Of a stretch of 64,000 bases of DNA, positions 56,001 to 64,000 are shown piece after piece. The notes under the pieces were generated by a model. The model had not been told where the DNA came from and did not search any database. It saw only the letters and a list, made by a program, of their open reading frames with translations. This DNA is from Macrostomum lignano (taxonomy: Eukaryota), in assembly GCA_002269645.1 (NCBI GenBank), contig NIVC01000852.1, forward strand, positions 62,001 through 126,000, in the 5' to 3' direction. How positions within the stretch are numbered: position 1 is the first letter of the stretch; every line of letters begins with the position of its first letter. Made by a program: the position numbers and the translations under genes.

Positions 56001-57922
56001 GCTGTTGGGTAGAATTGGTTGGTGTGCAGTTGATGTTGGATGCTGTTGGGTAGAGATGGTTGGTGTGCAGTTGATGTTGGATGCTGTTGGGTAGAATTGG
56101 TTGGTGTGCAGTTGATGTTGGATGCTGTTGGGTAGAGATGGTTGGTGTGCAGTTGATGTTGGATGCTGTTGGGTAGAATTGGTTGGTGTGCAGTTGATGT
56201 TGGATGCTGTTGGGTAGAATTGGTTGGTGTGCAGTTGATGTTGGATGCTGTTGGGTAGAGATGGTTGGTGTGCAGTTGATGTTGGATGCTGTTGGGTAGA
56301 GTTGGTTGGTGTGCAGTTGATGTTGGATGCTGTTGGGTAGAATTGGTTGGTGTCCGGTTGATGTTGGATGGTGTTGGGTAGAGTTGGTTGGTGTCCAGTT
56401 GATGTTGGATGATGTTGGATAGATTTGATTGGTGTCCAGTTGATGTTGGATGCTGTTGGATAGATTTGATTGGTGTCCGGTTGATGTTGGATGCTGTTGG
56501 GTAGAGTTGGTTGGTGTCCGGTTGATGTTGGATGCTGTTGGGTAGAGTTGGTTGGTGTCCGGTTGATGTTGGATGCTGTTGGGTAGAGTTAGTTGGTGTG
56601 CAGTTGATGTTGGATGCTGTTGGGTAGAATTGGTTGGTGTGCAGTTGATGTTGGATGCTGTTGGGTAGAGTTGGTTGGTGTCCAGTTGATGTTGGATGCT
56701 GTTGGATAGATTTGATTGGTGTCCGGTTGATGTTGGATGCTGTTAGGTAGAGTTGGTTGGTGTCCGGTTGATGTTGGATGCTGTTGGGTAGAGTTGGTTG
56801 GTGTCCGGTTGATGTTGGATGCTGTTGGGTAGAGTTGGTTGGTGTGCAGTTGATGTTGGATGCTGTTGGGTAGAATTGGTTGGTGTCCGGTTGATGTTGG
56901 ATGGTGTTGGGTAGAGTTGGTTGGTGTCCAGTTGATGTTGGATGCTGTTGGATAGATTTGATTGGTGTCCAGTTGATGTTGGATGCTGTTGGATAGATTT
57001 GATTGGTGTCCGGTTGATGTTGGATGGTGTTGGGTAGAGTTGGTTGGTGTCCGGTTGATGTTGGATGCTGTTGGGTAGAGTTGGTTGGTGTCCGGTTGAT
57101 GTTGGATGGTGTTGGGTAGAGTTGGTTGGTGTCCGGTTGATGTTGGATGCTGTTGGGTAGAGTTGGTTGGTGTCCGGTTGATGTTGGATGCTGTTGGGTA
57201 GAGTTGGTTGGTGTCCGGTTGATGTTGGATGGTGTTGGGTAGAGTTGGTTGGTGTCCGGTTGATGTTGGATGCTGTTGGGTAGAGTTAGTTGGTGTGCAG
57301 TTGATGTTGGATGCTGTTGGGTAGAATTGGTTGGTGTCCGGTTGATGTTGGATGGTGTTGGGTAGAGTTGGTTGGTGTCCAGTTGATGTTGGATGCTGTT
57401 GGATAGATTTGATTGGTGTCCGGTTGATGTTGGATGCTGTTGGGTAGAGTTGGTTGGTGTCCGGTTGATGTTGGATGCTGTTGGGTAGAGTTGGTTGGTG
57501 TCCGGTTGATGGTTGATGCTTTTGGATTGAGTTGGTTGGTGTCCGGTTGATGGTTGATGCTGTTGGGAAGAGTTGGTTGGTGTCCGGTTGATGGTTGATG
57601 CTTTTGGATAGAGTTGGTTGGTGTCCGGTTGATGGTTGATGCTTTTGGGTAGAGTTGGTTGGTGTCCGGTTGATGGTTGATGCTTTTGGATAGAGTTGGT
57701 TGGTGTCCGGTTGATGTTGGATGCTGCTTGGCAGATCATAGCTGCAATGATTGATGCAAGCATGCGTGTCATCGCTACAAACGTTTTCGCTTTCCGCAGG
57801 CTCAATTTCGAGTGTTCCACGGTCCGTGCAAAATTTCCAGCTTGAAATTCCTATCAGAAGGCACTCGTCTCGTGGCTGTGGGCGGCTCAGAAGCCTGCAT
57901 AATGCAGTGGAATGTGCTGTGA
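41037..57922 (+). CDS. Echinoderm microtubule-associated protein-like (EML) HELP/WD40 protein with N-terminal EF-hand-like region, about 1170 aa
   Basis: Exons 41037-41163, 42969-43525, 43873-43970, 44065-44206, 44303-44736, 45491-45655, 46817-46979, 50033-50434, 51723-52334, 53264-53426, 54524-54810 (needs +1 nt), 55478-55573, 55671-55804 and 57800-57922. The HELP motif LELDWVYGYRGNDCRKNL...QRHYREHAGDVKSLCLHPDG and the C-terminus GVW...LLYRMPC...LVAVGGSEACIMQWNVL* are diagnostic of EML proteins. Confidence 0.88.
41378..41660 (+). mobile_element. tRNA-derived CORE-like SINE, copy 3
   Basis: Same family sequence. Confidence 0.85.
41850..42020. repeat. (GGTA)n microsatellite
   Basis: Direct reading. 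Confidence 0.9.
42805..42912. repeat. Degenerate telomere-like (CCCTAA/CCCTA) tract
   Basis: CCCTAACCCTACCCTAAAA...CCCTAACC. Confidence 0.6.
43530..43800. repeat. 27/28-bp minisatellite (TTCAGACTGCATGTCACTTACAGTCCG)
   Basis: About 10 copies filling an EML intron. Confidence 0.9.
44880..45300. repeat. (CTCCT)n / CT-rich repeat
   Basis: Direct reading; intronic. Confidence 0.95.
45690..46360. repeat. 12-bp GA-rich repeat (GAGAAGAGGGGA)
   Basis: Direct reading; intronic. Confidence 0.95.
47409..47445 (+). promoter_or_regulatory. Putative promoter block of peptide gene 1 (GGAAAAACGTGCCG plus TATA-like CATAGAT)
   Basis: Conserved upstream of the paralogue at 59883-59915 (GGAAAAACGTGCCG...CATAAAT). 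Confidence 0.5.
47535..47768 (+). CDS. 77-aa secreted prepropeptide, candidate antimicrobial/host-defence peptide precursor (nested in an EML intron)
   Basis: MKWQLALGLLLCAALAAA signal peptide, Glu-rich pro-region, KK site, then GIRIRKVVRVIRNIKKVAHAIAN*. High GC3 codon usage like the neighbouring exons; two paralogues in the window. Confidence 0.8.
   Translation: MKWQLALGLLLCAALAAAVPSQQEEAETTSALEAVANLEESGLTEEGFQQLAKKGIRIRKVVRVIRNIKKVAHAIAN
48130..48735. repeat. 44-bp minisatellite (TTAACCTATCGGCAATTTGTCTATGGGCATCAGTTGAAACATTA)
   Basis: About 13 contiguous copies with no spacers. Confidence 0.95.
49181..49892. mobile_element. About 710-bp foldback/MITE-like palindrome with about 265-bp near-perfect arms
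   Basis: 49181-49445 is the reverse complement of 49628-49892; TATATA at both ends; the arms are homologous to the interior of the 18104-18622 element. Confidence 0.85.
50543..51507 (-). mobile_element. Probable solo LTR / retroelement remnant (about 965 bp)
   Basis: TGT...ACA termini, a minus-strand CCTATAAATAC TATA-like box near 51310, and composition unlike the flanking intron. No clean TSD and no recognisable protein. Confidence 0.35.
52400..53175. repeat. (CCTT)n microsatellite
   Basis: Direct reading; intronic. Confidence 0.95.
53490..53990. mobile_element. Degenerate third member of the foldback/MITE family
   Basis: AGGAGGCAGACCCAATGTTC at about 53493 and its inverse GAACATTGGATCTGCCTCCT at about 53871-53890; both match the 18 kb and 49 kb elements. 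Confidence 0.6.
54065..54370 (+). mobile_element. tRNA-derived CORE-like SINE, copy 4
   Basis: Same family sequence. Confidence 0.85.
54859..55165 (+). mobile_element. tRNA-derived CORE-like SINE, copy 5
   Basis: Same family sequence with a diverged tRNA head. Confidence 0.85.
55830..57725. repeat. 41-bp minisatellite (GTTGATGTTGGATGCTGTTGGGTAGAGTTGGTTGGTGTCCG)
   Basis: About 45 copies in the last EML intron (55805-57799). Confidence 0.95.
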
Positions 57923-58488
57923 AACTGCAATCTGTGCCTTTTCTAATAAAATTTACGTTAAAACGCTTCCTTCCGTTAAATTTCTGAATTTTGACGCAAA
58001 CTGTGCACAAATCTATGCAAGCACCTGAGTTGCTAGCAAAGCTTCACGTAAAAAAGTAGCTCGTATACCTACGAGATGAAAAGCAAAAAGGTGCATGGTC
58101 ATGTTGGGTCGTATAGATGAACTTCTTGGATCATTTCTGGTTAGACATGGGTTGAATATCAATCAAGATACAAATTAGTGTTGCTACAAAGAAATTGGTA
58201 GGTAGTCTTAGAAGTCACACCGTCGAAAAACTGCTTTGAGAGATTAACGTAATAACACAATTGTACTCCATCTTATAGTGACTTTATACATTGACTTCCA
58301 GATTCAAAATTTTGACATAAACTTACGTTTGCTCTGATAGTTTTTACGCAGAACCGTCAGGTAACACAAAAACTGAGGCAAGGCAATCGCAATGAAGGTG
58401 AGGTAAACAATGAATTGTGTGAGAAAGTATCAATCACTCTTTGCCCAACACAAAAGTACAAACAAGTTCGTTGCCAAAGTCCAAGAAA

Positions 58489-58618
58489 GTCAATCGCAGA
58501 CTCTCAGGTTCATCAGCTCGCCCAGCAACAGACTCTGGCCAAGAAGGGCATCCGCATCAGGAAGATGGTCCGCGTCAACAGGAACATCAAGAAAGTCGCC
58601 CATGCCATGGCCAACTGA
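58489..58618 (+). pseudogene. Truncated paralogue of the 47535 peptide gene (signal and pro-region deleted)
   Basis: The 5'UTR-like TCAATCGCAGACTCTCAG..TTCATCAGC..CAACAGACTC joins directly to LAKKGIRIRKMVRVNRNIKKVAHAMAN*; no signal-peptide ATG. Confidence 0.75.
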
Positions 58619-59980
58619 AGACCCTCGGAAGTCTGACAGTTCGCTAAAACCTGAATGTGTCACAATACTTTCGAACCACGAGCTCCTTGGCTAAAATACA
58701 AGAGCGTAAATAAATAATATAACAAGTTGATTTCATTTCAGAGTTTATTTCGTGCGGCAATATCAGCTAATAGCTACTATATAGTAATATTATGCGATTA
58801 TAGTACTCGTAGTTTTCTCGTGGAAGTCAAAGTCTTTTTAAACTGTCGACATAATCATGACGTCATCATAATTACAAGAGGGCTGCGGGCGACATCGGTT
58901 CCACAACCAGCGCTGAGACTTTCTAATCGTCAGGGATGTACACTTGGCCTTGGGGGCTGGCGAAGTTTAATTCAGAAGTTCAGACATTTGGTTTGAATTT
59001 TGGGGCGCTTTCATTAGTTTCACTTTGCCGAAAAGCACTCTCTTTCACTAGGCCGAAAGTTCACATTTGCCGAAAAATCATTTTAGCAGCGTCCTTACTA
59101 TGGTCGAAAGGGGGTGTGAACTTAAGCCTCCAAAATGGAACCGCAAGCAGTGACGATTTCTCTGCACCAGTTTCTTTATTTTGACCTCAGTGTTACTCTG
59201 CTACCAAAGTGGCAGCACGATATGGTCACTCAGTTTTTTTGTATTGAATATTTTCGACATTTCTGACTTCATTTGGGGGTGAACTCTGATTGCTTATTAT
59301 TTTCATTGCATTTTCTGTCTCAGTCGGATGGACTTTTAAGTTATAGAGTGCTCGTATGTTTTTATGGCTCCTTTGAAAGCATGCAGATTTGCCTGGATTC
59401 CGATTCGTAGAATATGCATGGCTCTAAGATTCACTTTAATGTTATCATGTTAGTTTCGGCCTAGTGAAGGAAGATGCTTTCGGCGAAGTGAAATTTCGGC
59501 CTCGGCGCTACAGTGCCCATAAAAGCTGACAACATCCTATTGCGATAATAAATTTTCCAATGAATTGCGTGTATAACGTCCTTCTAATTTAGTTGTTAAT
59601 GTTACAATCCTATTGTAGAAAAAATTCTTTGTTTAACTTCTGCCTCAAACGTATTCGTTAATAAAGTAGTGCATACAACAACGCTTGGGCTGGAACTAAC
59701 TTTAGATAGGGCAAATAGTGAGACAGTGGCAGCTTCATCAAACAGTCTATTGAGTAGATTTTGAGCAAAGTTTACCTAGCTAAGATTGACACTGCTTGGC
59801 CATTAAATTGCTGTAAAGTGCAATAAAAGTCAAGCCCTTAACACGTGAAAGTGTCGAGGTCAAACAGAGCATTCCAAGCTCAGGAAAAACGTGCCGAATT
59901 TTGAGCATAAATGCAGACAATTTAGCCAGCTCAATCGCAGACTCTCAGCTTCATCAGCAGGCAGCCCAACAGACTCAATC

Positions 59981-60215
59981 ATGAAGTGGCAGCTCGCTCT
60001 CGGATTTCTGCTCTGCGCAGCCCTGGCCGCGGCCGCTCCCAACCAATAGCGACTCAAACCAGGAGGAGACTGAGAACTTGGCCGCTATGCGGGCCATGTC
60101 CGACGTGGACGCGTCCGCCCTGACAGGGGAGAGAGGCCTCTTCGGCATGGTGATCGGAACTGCCAAGGTTGTTGGCAAAATTGCCAAGGCTGTCAAGGCG
60201 GCGCGCAATTCTTGA
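59981..60215 (+). pseudogene. Third peptide precursor paralogue with a 1-bp frameshift (pseudogene or sequencing error)
   Basis: 235 nt versus 234 nt for copy 1. Removing one C at 60038-60040 gives MKWQLALGFLLCAALAAAAPTNSDSNQEETENLAAMRAMSDVDASALTGER-GLFGMVIGTAKVVGKIAKAVKAARNS*. Confidence 0.75.
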
Positions 60216-60711
60216 GAGAACTTTTGAGGGATGAGTTTTCCCGGACTGTGTTTTTTCGAATGCGGTTCTTTTCGGGCAAAGTACAAAATAAACAACAGTT
60301 CTGCCTACTTATTGGTCAATAGTAGTAGTAGAGTATTACGCACAGGTATGGAAATTTCTGGGAATAGTTAGAGCTTCAAATGATTGCTAGTTGTTCAAAA
60401 GTTGAATTAGAAGAAAAAATCAAACGGTCTCTATATAGAAAATCTGTTTAACAATCTTCATTCAGAAATATATTTACATTTTTACAAAAAAATTGAAAAG
60501 CCTGCAGTGGAAAATGCAGATTGTCTTGGCTTGCTTTTATTGCCTTTCTAAGCTGGATGTAAAGAACGGGCCAAAAAGTTTCAATTAGGAAAATTTCTCC
60601 AATTAAGAAATCTGTGGTTAAATTTGTAGATGCATGCGAAATTGAGCAAATCAGTGACATCACAGGTGTCAGCAGTAGGTACTTTGTACAGTTTTGGTTA
60701 ACCTTCCTGGT

Positions 60712-61610
60712 TGGAATCTTTCCGGTTGGAATCCTTCCAGTTGGAATCCTTCCGGTTGGAATCCTTATGGTTGGAATCCCTCCGGTTGAAATCCTTCCAG
60801 TTGGAATCCTTCCGGTTGGAATCCTTCCAGTTGGAATCCTTCCGGTTGGAATCCTTCCAGTTGGAATCCTTCCGGTTGGAATCCTTCCAGTTGGAATCCT
60901 TCCAGTTGGAATCCTTCCGGTTGGAATCCTTCCGGTTGGAATCCTTCCGGTTGGAATCCTTCCAGTTGGAATCCTTCCAGTTGGAATCCTTCCGGTTGAA
61001 ATCCTTCCGGTTGGAATCCTTCCGGTTGGAATCCTTCCGGTTGGAATCTTTCCGGTTGGAATCCTTCCAGTTGGAATCCTTCCAGTTGGAATCCTTCCGG
61101 TTGGAATCCTTCCGGTTGGAATCCTTCCGGTTGGAATCCTTCCAGTTGGAATCCTTCCAGTTGGAATCCTTCCGGTTGGAATCCTTCCGGTTGGAATCCT
61201 TCCGGTTGGAATCTTTCCGGTTGGAATCCTTCCAGTTGGAATCCTTCCAGTTGGAATCCTTCCAGTTGGAATCCTTCCGGTTGGAATCCTTCCGGTTGGA
61301 ATCCTTCCAGTTGGAATCCTTCCAGTTGGAATCCTTCCGGTTGAAATCCTTCCAGTTGGAATCCTTCCGGTTGGAATCCTTCTAGTTGGAATCCTTCCGG
61401 TTGGAATCCTTCCGGTTGGAATCCTTCCAGTTGGAATCCTTCCAGTTGGAATCCTTCCGGTTGAAATCCTTCCAGTTGGAATCCTTCCGGTTGGAATCCT
61501 TCTAGTTGGAATCCTTCCGGTTGGAATCCTTCCGGTTGGAATCCTTCCGGTTGAAATCCTTCCGGTTGGAATCCTTCCGGTTGGAATCCTTCCGGTTGGA
61601 ATCCTTCCGG
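60712..61610. repeat. 15-bp minisatellite (TTCCGGTTGGAATCC)
   Basis: About 60 copies, ending about 30 bp from the kinase stop codon. Confidence 0.95.
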
Positions 61611-61642
61611 GTGGCAACATTCCCGGTTTGAGAATGATAGAA

Positions 61643-63408
<1,766 letters not shown>

Positions 63409-63704
63409 AGATAGGGTTTTGTCACGCAGTCAAAGGAGGGTTGAATTTGCTATAAACTGCTCCAGACAGTTTTGTCAGCTTTATACGTAGAGCCCCACAC
63501 CAATCCAGGTAGATGTGGGCCTCAAGATGCAATCTAAATTCAGAATTTCGTCATAAACGCCAGCCTTTTTTAGACCAGACTCTCGCGTCATCAAAAAGCA
63601 CCGTTGTTTTTTTTGCAATGATATCACAGGTGTACTTTATTGCCTCGCGGGCTATGATGGCGAAGAAGCTGCGGGTTCTTACTCGGACTCTGGCCTCAAG
63701 TGCC

Positions 63705-63752
63705 CTCTCGCCCTCTCGCCCTCTCGCCCTCTCGCCCTCTCGCCCTCTCGCC
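63705..63752. repeat. 8-bp repeat (CCCTCTCG)n
   Basis: Direct reading. Confidence 0.85.
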
Positions 63753-64000
63753 GCTGCTTCCAGCTGGACAATAGAAAGAATAAATAGATAGCAGTTTAGT
63801 CACCTGACCATGCAGGTTGCTCATGCAGAGAGCGGGTGTTTGCCCTGCCACTGAAAATGGCTCTCTCCCCTCGATCTTGTAAATCAAGTCCTGTGACAAG
63901 CAGAGCAAAAATCTTTTGTGCAACGGGAGGAACGTTTTTTTATCACATCTCCACCATGCTACTTTAAGTGGCAGTACGTAAAAATAACTTTATTCTATGA

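Noticed and set aside
55730-58010. 696-aa and 473-aa Q/H/P/T-rich minus-strand ORFs
   Set aside because: They are a 41-bp satellite in the last EML intron, open in several frames.

Overview
This is eukaryotic (metazoan) genomic DNA, with GC-rich spliced exons separated by AT-rich introns that are packed with micro- and minisatellites. The style suggests a free-living flatworm such as Macrostomum, but that is inference only. Most long entries in the ORF track are translations of tandem repeats. Genes reconstructed by hand from splice sites and phase are: the 5' part of a CRACR2A/RASEF-type EF-hand protein (-), an orphan 4-TM protein (-), a CD225/dispanin protein (-), ARHGAP39 (WW-MyTH4-RhoGAP, -), CEP112 (+), an EML-like HELP/WD40 protein with an N-terminal EF-hand-like region (+), and a small Ser/Thr kinase (-). 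Mobile DNA includes five tRNA-derived CORE-like SINEs, an internally deleted piggyBac, a foldback/MITE family with three related structures, and a probable solo LTR. The main discovery candidate is a three-member family of small intronless precursor genes at 47.5, 58.5 and 60.0 kb. One copy is intact, one is frameshifted by 1 bp, and one has lost its signal/pro region. The two full-length copies have a near-identical signal peptide and promoter, an acidic pro-region and an unrelated cationic amphipathic C-terminal peptide, the architecture of an antimicrobial/host-defence peptide family. No database searches were run; family assignments come from recognised motifs.
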